Shown here: positions 40,153 to 59,660 of the stretch, piece after piece
How positions within the stretch are numbered: the stretch's first letter is position 1
How the letters are laid out: every line of letters starts with the position of its first letter
Origin: Hydrurus foetidus
Lineage: Eukaryota
Assembly (NCBI GenBank): GCA_900617105.1
Contig: UYFQ01000349.1
Span: forward strand, 62,001-126,000
Reading direction: 5' to 3'
Length of the DNA: 64,000 nucleotides
The notes under the pieces: model-generated
Databases searched by the model: none
The model's input: the letters and a program-made list of their open reading frames with translations, nothing else
Told to the model about the DNA's origin: nothing
Translations under genes and position numbers: made by a program

Positions 40153-41156
40153 GGTTTGCAGTCGTCTAGGTTGTGGAACTTCAACTTCAGCTGTCACTCA
40201 AGATTTTCTCCATTGAACGGAGAAATAGTGCTAGTTTCAGTCAGCATGAAGCTGATGGAGCAATTAGTACCACTGCTACCCAATGCCAGCTCCCTGCGTG
40301 ATGACTGCTTATACTGCTTGCTGTGCTCTGTGCTCTGTGACCTTGTCCAAAATCGAACCGTTGAAAACTCCTGAACCTCAATGTTGAATGTCGATTATAG
40401 CGTCGATAGGTGTGGCACTGTGTGGCTAGCTATACATTGTACACTGCACACTAGTACAAAAGTGCTTGAGTTTTTGTAGATCATAGCAGTGTCATTGACA
40501 ATATTCGTCATAGAGACATAGCAAACTCAAACGGCAGTCATTGAATGGCTCTATAGTTTCTTATCTGCGAGGCCTTCTAATACCGCAGACCGTGGAGTAT
40601 AAAACTGTAACTTTGCTGCAAACACAATATTTGATGCTTCTCAAACAAAACTGCTTCAGTCTCCAGGCCGCTGAACTATAGATCACATTATGTAATGCTG
40701 AACGAGTTCAGCAATATGAGCAGTGAAGGGAAAGCGAAACGTGGTGATCTTAGTCGTCTAACAAAGAATATCCGATTACGTCGCAAGAATTAACGATTAA
40801 GTATTTGCCCTCTACGGTTTATTTCTACTGCGGGAACTGATTAAATGATGACGAGCATATCCGAGTGTCTGAAATATGAGGAGCATACAGCAAGCAGATC
40901 ATGAAGTGAACAGTAGAGTGTCCCAAAACCGCATTTTACCGAAACTGCCTTATTTCCGGAACCAAGATAGCCGTTGAAACAGAAACAGTTATTTCGTCAG
41001 CTTCCGTCTCCAGCAAGCAGGAAGCCACCTTTTGAGGCAGTTTGAGGATTGAGTTGAGCATTGCAAAGCTCCTATTCTTCTCTCTCGCATTGCCGGAGAA
41101 AAAGTGTATTGATGTGTTTGTGCTGCTAATTCGCTCCATCAAAAATATTTGATCAG

Positions 41157-48257
<7,101 letters not shown>

Positions 48258-49303
48258 ATTGAGAACAAGTGATATTTCTTTCAACAGTACTGAGTTTTAT
48301 CTTAATGACGCAAAACAGAATCCTCGCTGTATAATGCCTGAAGCAGTTTAGGTGTAAGCAATACTGACTGTACTACCAAATGAATTGAGTTTCCGTTTCG
48401 ATTTTGAGGTGATACATTCATTCTATTTTAATTGTATGTATTCCTTAACTTATTTTTATCTTATTTATTGGCACCACCCACATCTTCTTACATCATTGCA
48501 TTCACTTTTCTTATAAAAATGTATTTTATTTCGTTTTGAGATTACTATTTCGTATCAGAATGAATCAAAGCAATGCTACATTCTACAGCCTCTCATCTTC
48601 TTTGTAATTTTACATGGTGAAAAAAATTACGAAAATACAAATTACAATTTTGAAATAATTGTCACCAATTTTTTTGCGTAAGTCCAGAGGCATTAGATCC
48701 TGTGCAACGTACTGTACGTTCGAACAGAGCGTACGTAATTTAAATTAGAATCTCATGTGGTCGGTAGAAGCTGTGAAATCTAGACGTATAAGCATACGAA
48801 GAAATCGGTGAAAACCAGCGTGCATCACAAGAACAGTAGAAAGCTACTGAAATTCTGACTGTAAACAGATTTAAGAATTGGTGGAATCAGCGGTGCATTT
48901 CCATGTTGGATTCGTGTATATTCTCCGACATTGAATTTTGTTCCGAAAACAAACATATTGGAATAAATGTGTACAGAAATGAGCCGTATAGGGGTGGGTA
49001 GAAGACATGCCGGAAGTGCAGCGGTAAGATGGGAATGACACTCCCTCCGATCAATGCAAGACTTCTTTAACATATATTCATCATATTCTGAAGTGCGTGA
49101 AGGAACCGTGGAGATTTCCTCAGTTTTGTTTCGATTTTGTAAACACTATATATATCACCATCCACGATATTAGGAAGAATAAATTTCGCAAACGATGTTT
49201 GCTGTTTTTTACAAAATAAATAACAGAGCATTTGCAAACGAAAAAAAAAGTCATGATTATATTGATAAAAGAGAACTAATTTATAATACAGAATAGTCTT
49301 AAT

Positions 49304-50304
49304 TTACGCCTTAATAGCTGGTGGTGCCGGTAGACCGATAGCCGCAGCGGCATCACTAGCTTCCTTCATTTTTTTCAGTTTAACACTGTGGTTGAAGAGT
49401 CTCGCCATACTCACTTCAACTGTGATACTGTTTCCACGCAAGTGAAACAGATCCTCGCTTATCTCATCTATCTTACTGTGTGATTGAACTAATTGCAATT
49501 CCAATAGATCAATGGCTTCTTGATAAGAATATTCCACCATAGTGTTCGCTCCGATCCATAAGTAAACTTTTTCACTCTCCGTATCCACCTTCATTATTAG
49601 TCAAGAAATTGTATCAGTCGTCAAGAAATTTCAACATCAGCCAAATTTAATGCCCTTTACTACCATGTCGAATGTTGTTTTGTTATCTTTACCTTTGCCT
49701 TGGCGTATATGGTGTCGCATAAACTGTAGTTTGTGAACATTTCCTCGTCATTCTCAGCTTTTTTCTTCATGATTTTGATAAGTTCCAAAGTTTGTTCTAT
49801 ATCAGGAAGTTTCGATTTATATGAAACTTTGCTTCTTTCGAAGCTCCCTTCCATGTACTTGTACTTAGAGTATAGCTGTAGTAACAAGTCAGTAAAATTG
49901 TCTTGAGTTAGCTTTCCAGTCACAGCTGCACAGAAAGACGAGAACTCCGATCTCATCATATCAATTAAGCACACCGCAGTCTGCAATCAGTGCAGCTGCG
50001 GCCTCTCATCTCACCTACCTCATTGAAGGCACCTAAAGAGGCCTCAACACTAGTGTCCTTAAGAAACTCGTCGACGTTGTCCTGATTGCGACAACAGCAG
50101 GAAGTTCAGTTAAACAGTAAACCTTGTTTTGATTACAAGCGGCAATCGTATACTTACAATGAATTTGGCTGTTGGTATTCCTCTAGGATTCTTCCCTTCC
50201 GTGATCAACCTCATGATGTTCACATCCTGATTCGCATCTCCAGACTGCTTCACGACTACTGCATCCTCAGCGCTCGCGGTCACTATTTTTTGCTCCTCGG
50301 CCAT
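49304..50304 (-). CDS. PFDN3: Prefoldin subunit 3 (VBP1/PAC10), 4 exons
   Basis: NPRGIPTAKFI|DNVDEFL, YSKYKYME, KLPDIEQTL, YSLCDTIYAKAK|V, KVYLWIGANTMVEY, EVSMARLFN. Confidence 0.95.
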
Positions 50305-51342
50305 GGTGCTAGTTGTATGATCAAGAATATGATGCGATGACAGAAGTACAAATAGGTAATTTGACTTTGCGTAGATGATATGTCTGCACAACAGCGACAT
50401 TCGATAGATGAACTGTTTTAACTCCTCCTTAAGCCGTACGTGCTCGACCGTACGGTACCAAGTCTACTTACGGTCTTATTCGCGCCAGTAGAAGACATCG
50501 TTGTCTGATTTTTTTATCCAATTGCTGTGTCAAATATCCGTTGCCGCCCCGATTGTTGCAGGTGATTTCACAAACCTTGGCGAAGTTGCTAGTAGATGTC
50601 GCAGTGAATAGGAGTTCTTCTACAGACTAGCGTCTTCTTGAATGCTGTAACCGGGATGGGACGCAGGATGTGGACGAGATGGGTGATAATTAGTTACAAA
50701 GCAGATTGGCTACCAGCTTCAGTTGATTCAAGTTTGCGATGTGCACTTGCGAAGGAGGGTAAGGTAAGATAAGACAAATTAGGATAAATGGAGATAGCGC
50801 ACAATTAAGATAGTGTAAGATATTACAAGATGAGGTAAGAAAAGAAAAAATGAGATGATTCAGGAAAGAGGAAGAGAAAAGGAGTCAGGACTCTCGTACT
50901 GAACATGTAGAATGGAGTTCTACACTTGTCTGTTGGGCATGGCGTCTCGTACCTTGCAAGAGTTTCGTTTCTTGGTCAATTTTACAGACACCGCGATCAA
51001 ATAAGCGACGTAAGGTGTGCGACACGGTGCCATGGAAAGAGATAGTTGAAATTTGACGAAGATTTACTCGTGTTATAAGGGTTAAAAACAGGTAATTGAT
51101 AACTTGCTTCACAATTTAAATCATACACTTCGTCATCCAATATAAAGCGTGACGAGTTTTCATCCCAAAAAGTTTCGTCCCAGTGTGAAAACGTTTCAAG
51201 CGAGTTTTCAGGGTAACAGTCGGCAATATTAATACTTACAATTCTACAAATGACACAGAGGAGCCTCATAATGGTCATATTAAGCACAAAATAAATAATG
51301 TCGTCAACTTTGGGAGGTTGTGGTGCTGAAAGTTGTGTGCCA

Positions 51343-53157
51343 CTATTTCTTTCCAAGTTGAACTTTTCTACTTGCCGACATAAGGAGCTGTGCAATTTCA
51401 ACTTTTCTCACGACAGGCTCTGCTGATAATTTATCACCCTCTTCTTTTTTCTTACTCCCCTTATCACTTTTCCCTCTTGGGTTTTTTCCTTTTTCGGTTG
51501 AGTTTTCTAATCTTGGTCTCTTGTGAACAACTGCTATGTTGCCGGAACGATCTAGTCTGTATTCCTCATTAGTAAATACTCTTGTCTTCGCGCCTGATGG
51601 AAGTGTGATGAGATCATAGCCCATAGGGTCATTAAACTGCATAGAGCGCTGTCTCATTTCAATGACGTATGCCTTAGTCTCTGCCCTTGCTTTCGTCAAA
51701 TTCGTGACTATTCTGTTCGGGTATGTCTGACCCAGCACAACACCATCAGCTAGAAGTTCTTTGGACGATAATTCCCAAGGCTTGTGGATTGACTTGCCGG
51801 TGAGATTGGCGAGTTCCGGACACCACGTGCGTGTGTACGAACCAGAAGGATCCTGGGACCCAGATTCCGGACTGGTCAGGAAGTTCCACTGATCTACACC
51901 GGACCTGCCCGCATTCTGCCACATCATGGCGTTGATTGCAACATCTGCATCTACTAGTGTGTGGATGAACCAGTCATGACCGCGGCGCCAATGCTGATTG
52001 AGATATTCTGTTAGGAATGATGCGCACACCATTCTCACATTCTGGTGCATCCATCCTGTAGTGTATAGCTCTCTCATTCCAGCGTCCACCATTGGATAGC
52101 CAGTGTTGCCTGTTTTCCATGCCTCAAAGTCAGAGTCGTCACTGCTCCACTTGTGACCCTCATAGTGCTTTCTGATACTCACGTGGGTCATGTCTGGGAA
52201 GGCGTACAGGTGGAAGTACGCGAGGTCTCTCCAGAACAATCTACGGGCGAATGTCTTCACTTCAGCGATAGGAATACCGCTGTCTTTCACAGCCCAGTAT
52301 AAAGCATGCGGAGACAGTTGACCCCATCGGATATACGGGGATAGACGTGAGACGTACAACACGTCAGTGCGAGATCTTTTGTCCTCGTAGTATCTCAGTT
52401 TGTCCCTGATGTATTTTCTCAGTTCGTTCTGGGCGTGTTCTTCTCCTATGAGCCACGCACTTCTTATTGGTGCAGCCCAATCGTTGATCCTTCCATTCAC
52501 CACTGGCATTTTCGCTAGTCCAGCGCCTTCGACAGACAATGAGTAGGGTGCCATGGCTGCTCTAGGCAAGGATTTGATTCTTAACGGGGGTGATGTTTCT
52601 CGTGCTGGTGGTCCGAGGGTTTGGCATGCTTTGAAGAACGGCATCAGTGTGCCCCAGTGCCCGTGCCATTTGTCGCTGTCAAGCGATATGGATGTTGGCT
52701 CATAGAGAAGGGATCCGTTAAAAGATAAGGATTCAATTCCAACTTTTCCCAAATGCTTTTCTATGTGTCCATCGATGATTTTGAAATGAGGTTCATAGCG
52801 CCTGTTGGAGTATACGGCTCTGCATTGAAATGCCTGAGCAACGGATAATGTTTCCTCTAGGTAGCCTTTCTCACCATTACCTCTTCTGATAATGAGAGTT
52901 GATCCCAGTCTCTCAAATGACTTTGATAAATCTTTCAGCGAATCCGCGAGCCAAACCTCACTCGCCGTTCCAGCAGAGCCGAATGGCCCTTCAGTATCAG
53001 GTGCCCAAATGTAAAGCGGTATGATGTTGAGACCACTTTGAACTGCGGCATTGAGTGCTGGGTTATCGGCTAGTCTTAAGTCACATCGGAACCAGACAAT
53101 GACTGATGACGTCGCTGCATTCCTGTTTTTGTTCACGTTGTTCATGATGCGGCTCAT
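51343..53157 (-). CDS. Cryptochrome/photolyase family flavoprotein, probably plant-like cryptochrome subgroup, with a basic C-terminal extension
   Basis: VWFRCDLRLADNPAL, SRLSPYIRWGQLS, LFWRD, WKTGNTGYPMVDAGMRELYTTGWMHQNVRM, LVDADVAINAMMWQ. First ATG at 53157; the frame is open further upstream to about 53228. Confidence 0.92.
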   Translation of the reverse strand: MSRIMNNVNKNRNAATSSVIVWFRCDLRLADNPALNAAVQSGLNIIPLYIWAPDTEGPFGSAGTASEVWLADSLKDLSKSFERLGSTLIIRRGNGEKGYLEETLSVAQAFQCRAVYSNRRYEPHFKIIDGHIEKHLGKVGIESLSFNGSLLYEPTSISLDSDKWHGHWGTLMPFFKACQTLGPPARETSPPLRIKSLPRAAMAPYSLSVEGAGLAKMPVVNGRINDWAAPIRSAWLIGEEHAQNELRKYIRDKLRYYEDKRSRTDVLYVSRLSPYIRWGQLSPHALYWAVKDSGIPIAEVKTFARRLFWRDLAYFHLYAFPDMTHVSIRKHYEGHKWSSDDSDFEAWKTGNTGYPMVDAGMRELYTTGWMHQNVRMVCASFLTEYLNQHWRRGHDWFIHTLVDADVAINAMMWQNAGRSGVDQWNFLTSPESGSQDPSGSYTRTWCPELANLTGKSIHKPWELSSKELLADGVVLGQTYPNRIVTNLTKARAETKAYVIEMRQRSMQFNDPMGYDLITLPSGAKTRVFTNEEYRLDRSGNIAVVHKRPRLENSTEKGKNPRGKSDKGSKKKEEGDKLSAEPVVRKVEIAQLLMSASRKVQLGKK

Positions 53158-53457
53158 GCTTCTTGACGCGATCACTGATGTTACCGTAGAGAAAGAGAGT
53201 CTCAGAAATGGCTTCAAATCCGTCCACTAAGTATAATCAATGTTTATATTCTCCGTATTACAACTTCACTATGTGAGTACAATGGTGAGGAAACGCAACA
53301 AGGAAGGAAGGCTACGATTTTATTTTAGGATGAGTCACTGTCGATCTTCCTCAGAAGACCCAAACCCGTTTCTACCGTAGACCGAAATTTGGAGGGAGGG
53401 TAGCTTATTTTTGGAAGGTGGCGTGTGTGTAGACATCATCTGTCTCTCCTACTACTG

Positions 53458-53556
53458 CTCCTAGTTATTGCACCAGTTTTGACGAAATAAAGGTCTTATT
53501 GCCAAAACTCCTAGTCATTGCACCAGTTTTGACGAAATAAAGGTCTAATTGCCAAA
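53458..53556. repeat. Tandem duplication of a 50-bp unit upstream of the cryptochrome
   Basis: ctcctagt(t/c)attgcaccagttttgacgaaataaaggtct(t/a)attgccaaa x2. Confidence 0.9.
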
Positions 53557-53740
53557 GCAGCCTCAGTTACTGGCTCAATTGGGAAGCTGAAACAAAAGAC
53601 AGTGCACATCTCCATCGCAGCCCCTCATATATATGTTGAAAAAGTTAAACTTTTTAGAGATTCAGATCCAGAAATCTTTGAAAAGTTGTTGAGGAGAGAA
53701 CTGAATGAAAAAATTCGCTAGTTCTTCTTATCAAGATTTT

Positions 53741-56684
53741 TTATATCTGATTTCTTTCATCACGTACTACAAAAAGTTGATCTGTCAAATTACTAGAGGA
53801 ATACATACAAATCAAATCAGAGGTTGATATTAGATGGGGATATCGCGATTCTAATAACAGACGTAAATTTTCCACGGCATTTGTATCACTTAATTCAGCG
53901 TCATATACGGTATCTAATGATATTCGATTCAACGCCCAACTCATCGCTTTGGAGTGAAGTGAATCTAGCGGACCGTCTTTAGTAACAAAATATAAATCTT
54001 CGACGAACAAAGAACAAGGAGAACTCCGTATCGCATTTGTCACTCTTTCATTATCTAATCTGTTTTCAATGGATAATTTATCAGAAGCAGATTCGTTTAT
54101 TTCTATTCCGCGAGAGTCGTTTCTGCAGTCTTCATCTTCACTCATGACTCGATTTATTTTGAATTTTTCGAATTCGCTGGGTAGATCCATATTTACGGAT
54201 TTCAGCCGTAATCCCTCAAACGATTCCGGTCCAAAAATAATGCTATCTCCCTTAGAAGCATGAAGAAACGGTCTGAATAATATGATAAACAAAATTCAGA
54301 ATTTTCGTCATAACCAGATGGCAAATATTTATATATAGATAAATAAATAAAAACAGCTCTGCTTACCTATCTCGAAAATGACCTTTAGGGTAAGATTTAT
54401 TTTTCCAATCAGCAGGGTCATACAGTTCCTAAAATAGAATACAAATAGGGAAGTAAAAGACGTGCAAACTGAAATAAAAAATATGTGAGACAAAAAGGAA
54501 GGAACGAAGTTTGATATGAAAAAACTCGTATATAATTTGATAAATAAAAGTTCACAAAAAATGTAAATTCCCACAGTAAAATAATGGGGAATATTTCTAT
54601 TTCTCTCGATTTTGAAAGTCACTTGTAGGATATAAGATAAAAGACACCAATCGAGAATCAAGTACCGTTCCTGTTCTGAATTTGAGAAAACATCAAATAT
54701 AAAAAGAACAGATACAATGCCACACCGGTAAAACATCCCGTCAACGTAAATCAAATAGATTACAAAATTAAATTTAAATAGAAAGTACCTCTCTGCCTGA
54801 AAGCCATGCGAGTGATTTTTGATATCCTAAGAAGGCGCTTCCTACGTCATCAGGATTCCGTTTCACCTACACGGCCATCAAGTAATGAAGTAATTAGTGA
54901 TAGTGAATGAAAGGGATGAGGATTGATGAAAATAAATGTTGCCATAGTTAAGCTATTGAGTTGTAATGACGGTAGAAACGTTACTAGCAAACTCACTGGA
55001 TCAATTCAGTGCACAGCTTGTGTGTCAAGTTATAAAATATTACAGTTCCAATCCATCTATTAGACCACATCTTTCAAAATCAGCTCTTTACATCTCTGCA
55101 GCTATTTCTCACTCACCTCTATTACAGCTAGCACTTTGCAGAACATTCCTTTTGGTTTCACTGTATGCATTCTAGCTGGTCTATCTGCTTTCATGCATAT
55201 TACACTGTCTAACTCTGCTGTCGTTCCTTTATTGCTTGCCATTCCTAATGCAAAAATATTTAAGAATTTAAACAAAATCACGCTTTTGTGTATATTTGAA
55301 CGCAAAATTTTCAGTAATTAGTGAAAATTACGACTAAAAGTTACAAGATAACTGTACCTAATTTTAAGTTTCTTACAACAATTAAATCATCCGTTGCGCA
55401 GTTGTTTGCTTCAGCTAGTAGAGGTAATAAATGATCGGTAATAACAGAATCTGCAGTATCTTCAAAACTTCTGCCTCTTGAATTTCTGCCATTTCCTGCG
55501 CCCTTTGGGTAGTAGAATTGGAGTTGAAAAAGGTTAGTCAGTTGTTAAAATGCTCAAGTGATGTGGAAGTCTGATTTACAGACATCATCATTCGTGAGTG
55601 TTATGAGAACATATCGTCATTAAATTGTACTTATGGAAATCACCTTTTGCACGTCTAAGCAATGTTTCTCAGCTGCATTAAGTCCAACATCCTCATAAAA
55701 ATGTTCAAGCGCTTCCTGACATTTTACGTATTCATGATATTCCGGTGTTGATTTCAGTAATTTCTCACGCTCCTCTACATTCTTCTGTAATTCTTGCAGT
55801 TTTAGAGGGTAAATCGCAGCAACATGACGTCTTTTCTCGCTGTTTTTGTCATCTGGCAGTATATCAATGTTTCCAATTATGTTCCCAAAAGCAGATTCTG
55901 TAGCGCTTTCATTTTCAGCTATAGTCAGGCTATCAAAAGATGGGATATCCGTCGAGGAACCAGCATTTACAGCACTTTCCTCGGAGTCGTTAATGCTTGA
56001 CTCTTTTCTGTCTTTTTTGTCGGTAACTCCAGTAGCCACCATGGAGCTCGGTAAGCCTAGGAACTTTTCCATATTTGCTGCCGCATGTTGACAGTTCATG
56101 ATTGCTCTCTCGAGGCCAATTATGAGTGCACTATTCTCGTTCAATAAGTAGCTATCCTTCGATAATTGCACAGCGCTCTCAAGTCTGCGTTGAAGGTTAC
56201 GCATGAGGATGTGCGAGGACTTCCGAAAACTTAAAAAAAGCACGTTTAAGTGTATATTTTCAGTCAGACAGCAAAGTTTAAGTCACCTGCAAATCGCGAC
56301 AGCATGAAGCCTCTTTAATTCTCGAACCTTTACTCTTTCTTTAAATTCCTTATCTATGAGAAGTTTTCTCTCGGTAATATTCAATGCCCACTGCAGGAAT
56401 GATGCTCGATCCAGCATAGGCGACTCAGTGTACCTTGCATTTTCGGAGAGCTTCACTAATGCTTCAACACCTGATATCACTGACTCCGTCTTGCGGAGGC
56501 CCATTTCTTTGACGTTCAAATCATCAACTTGATTGAATTTCTGTCCTAGAGATGACATTGCTGCATTTTGTGCTTTGAGATTCGTCGATCGATTTCTGAA
56601 TTTCGGAAACGCATGGATTGTCACTATTGGTGCTCTCGTCAGGATGAACAACAATAGACCCATTGGCCGCGCGAAGCATGCCAT
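53741..56684 (-). CDS. Putative plastid-targeted coiled-coil protein with a PD-(D/E)XK nuclease-like domain, 7 exons, ~642 aa
   Basis: Exons 56684-56287, 56229-55644, 55502-55358, 55244-55117, 54866-54789, 54428-54367 and 54272-53741 sum to 1929 nt, all GT-AG and in phase. Signal-like N-terminus ending IHA-FPK. Motif GRSFED...AELDSVI...LAVIE|VKRN. Confidence 0.7.
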
Positions 56685-58520
56685 GTACTGTGAGGAGTTC
56701 CCTGCAATCCAAAGTGTTGAAGTGTTTCTATATCGCTGCCTAAGTCTTCAGAATTTGATTTGGGTTTAATCGGAACAAGTATACCGCACCCCGGCCAACT
56801 TGTCCAAGGTGCAGCAGGAAATTGTCGTGCAGACGGTTGACTGTGGAACTCAACTCGCTACCGTTCAGTATTTCACTATTTTAGAATTCGTTGAAGGTTT
56901 CTGAACAGTAAGAAAAAACTTGATGGAGTTGACGATAGTATTTTTCTTGACTTTTAAAATGAGTTGATCGAAAGAATTTTTTTATCTCGCTGGAGTATTT
57001 TTTTACAAATAAAAAAACGGAGTTACAACAGGACATAATGTGATATCATTCAAGATAGGGAAATAAGATCACTAAATCTGATAAATTCGACAAAATGTGG
57101 GAGTTATAAGAGGGTGCGAGCAGTGTTGTCCGTGTCGCAAAGTAGATGAGTTTAACTCGACTGATCGGAGAGAACAGAAGTTTCGCTTCTTTGCCCATGG
57201 AGAAGACTGTAGAGTTAAGCACCATTTTGAGACTTCTCTAGGGGGTAGTATCTAATCGAGCGACGAGAATAGAAATTCGATCGCCGAAATAAATGACATA
57301 TAACAATCCTCGTGTCATGTTTTACCTCGAAATAGTGTTACGAGCGCAACAAAATCTTTTCATCCTCATTGTGTACCGGACCACACCTAGCAACCGAAAA
57401 CATTGCAGCGTGTCTAACTCTATCAGATAGACAAAATGTCGATGGTTCTGCGGAGCCAACGATTTTTGACTCGTTTCAACTATCAGAAAAAGTTTACGCT
57501 GCTCTCATGTCAATTCTGTGGTCGATGATGTTCTACCTAGCCAGCACTCGATGGAAGCTGCCGGAAGAACGCATAATGAGGTGATTGTCATCGCAAACGA
57601 GTCCAATCTGAAGTGAATAGAAGGGAATGGTTATCTGACTGTTGTAGATCTGTGAAGTGAAGGATTGCGTTCGCAACTGCCCTCATAAATATAGAAAGAT
57701 TCTCGGCATAACTCGAAAGAGCTAAGTATTAGCATGGAGTATAATCACCGGGCAATGAGACTGTGTGTCGTATAGGAAGAAATCGATATACCTTATCTTA
57801 TTCGTTGTCGCACTTACACGTTATACGTTGATTTCGTCGATAAGCTGCAGGATTTTGAATTACGTGATGCCTGGGGTTGATGGTGGACCCAATGGTAGAA
57901 GCGCTGGCATCATAAGTGGGCTTCAGAGTGAGCTGGTGCTGCTGACAGAAATTGAAGTAGCACTACACAACGACTCGACTGCACAAAGTGAGAAGTGAAA
58001 TTGACTGGTGAAAAACCAACTGATCAAGAGATCCAAGTTCCAAGTTCCAAGTTCCAAGTTCTGCGTCCTACACGTCTCAGCTTTTGAGGTGTGCTTCCAT
58101 ATATTTATCATCATGCATCTTGAAGTTTTTGCGAAGTCTAATGGAAGTGAGACGACGCAGAAAATCATTCAATTATTCGAAGCCAAAGCGTTCTTCCTAA
58201 AATAAAAAGTAAGAAGGTAATGTAAAGTAACGTATGAGGCAGAGGAATAATGATTTTCCAAAAATTTCTTCGATATCAGTGGTTATATTCTAGTAACTCC
58301 ACTCGCGGGTAATAACTTACAAACAATAACGGCACGTGCTGAAAGTATGTGGTGAATTAAGCCTGCTTCATAATTGCTCTCCATCTAACTACGACAAGAA
58401 AAGTTTTCATGCGATGAAATTTGCAATAAATTTATTTACAACAACTACAAATGAAATAATAACGAAAAGAGGGAGGAGTCTGTGTAATCTCCTAGCACAA
58501 AAGTTATTCGCAGAAGAACA

Positions 58521-59660
58521 TCATTTTGAGAGAGAAATCCCGAGGAATTCAGAAGAAACTTCTGCTGCCCAAAAATATACCATTCCTCCCAAACTGACCA
58601 AAATAAGACGTGGAGTTAATCCAACAAAAAATCCCTTCAATCCTTCATTGGCATAGATGTTCTTAGCCGTTTTAATGATGCCATAGCTCTCCTCTGTGAT
58701 TAAATGATTTTGCTGTCCATCTTCTGAGGTGTAGTTTTCTTCAGTAGCTGTCATCACTTTCGTTTTGATGACATCAGCTGGCTGAGTTAAAACAGCTGCT
58801 ATGGCAGCAGCAACGAGTCCTAATACTCCTGATATACTAGCAGAACCAAGTCCGAATGGAGAGACTATCGAGCTGCTTGCGAGGGACTCCTTAAAAAGTT
58901 GAAAAGTTGCCATTTGTATTGCATTATACGGTATTTCTCGAATAAGTTGTGCGCCTCCTCCCTGATACAGACCTCTTATTCCGAATGGAGGCCTGATTGC
59001 CTGTTGAAGAAGTGCGAGAAGATTCGTATTCGGCTGCACTTGTGCGCGTTGTTTGATCAGTTCCGCTGGTATTTTGATCGCATTTTGAGGTAATGTTGCA
59101 ACTGCTGAGAAAAGCAATCTCTCAATGAAGAGAACACTGGCTCCCTGATAGAAGTCTGTGTCAGCAACTGAAAAGTAATGGAGGACGCAGTCAGATGCTG
59201 CAATTGTCTGGAAGTAGTTGTACACGACGAAAAATACCGCGTTCGCGGGAACAGCTGATGCTACAGCTGGGAAGATGCCGCTGAAGTACTCTTTGCTGAG
59301 AAGAGTCTTTAATTTACTAACTATGACTTCTCGTGTAATTTCACTTCCGACATTTTTGTCTGTAGAGGGCGTTCCAGTCTGTTCCAACGTTTTTAAAGTG
59401 TCGAAAGGGAAGGTAAGGCCTCTGGAAAGAGCTCTACATCCACCAGCTACAGCGCCCTGCACGGCGAACTGATACCAGTTGATATCTACTGTGCTGCACA
59501 AGGAGCTCTCTGCGACAGTTGTGAATTCATGACTGTGACGTCTCGAGCCAGTTGTGAACTTGGTGTTCTGTCGTTGTTGAAATGCCAGGCAGCTCCATGG
59601 ACGTGTAAGAAAGATAGATAGAAAAAGGTACAACAAAGCACGTGCGCTTATAGTGATCAT
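58521..59660 (-). CDS. Mitochondrial carrier family (SLC25) protein, S-adenosylmethionine-carrier-like, with signal peptide + Phe presequence, intronless
   Basis: Three Px[DE]xxK repeats (PFDTLKT, PAELIKQRAQV, PADVIKT); REIPY; GLTPRLILVSLGGMVYF. N-terminus MITISARALLYLFLSIFLTRPWSCLA-FQ. Confidence 0.85.
   Translation of the reverse strand: MITISARALLYLFLSIFLTRPWSCLAFQQRQNTKFTTGSRRHSHEFTTVAESSLCSTVDINWYQFAVQGAVAGGCRALSRGLTFPFDTLKTLEQTGTPSTDKNVGSEITREVIVSKLKTLLSKEYFSGIFPAVASAVPANAVFFVVYNYFQTIAASDCVLHYFSVADTDFYQGASVLFIERLLFSAVATLPQNAIKIPAELIKQRAQVQPNTNLLALLQQAIRPPFGIRGLYQGGGAQLIREIPYNAIQMATFQLFKESLASSSIVSPFGLGSASISGVLGLVAAAIAAVLTQPADVIKTKVMTATEENYTSEDGQQNHLITEESYGIIKTAKNIYANEGLKGFFVGLTPRLILVSLGGMVYFWAAEVSSEFLGISLSK

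Noticed and set aside
50885..51401. ORFs 50997-51401 and 50885-51112 downstream of the cryptochrome
   Set aside because: Non-ATG starts, overlap with the cryptochrome 3' end, no motif
57180..57255. Fragments resembling U2 snRNA (tcgcttct...gtagtatct)
   Set aside because: Spacing and intervening sequence do not match U2; no Sm site or stems recognised
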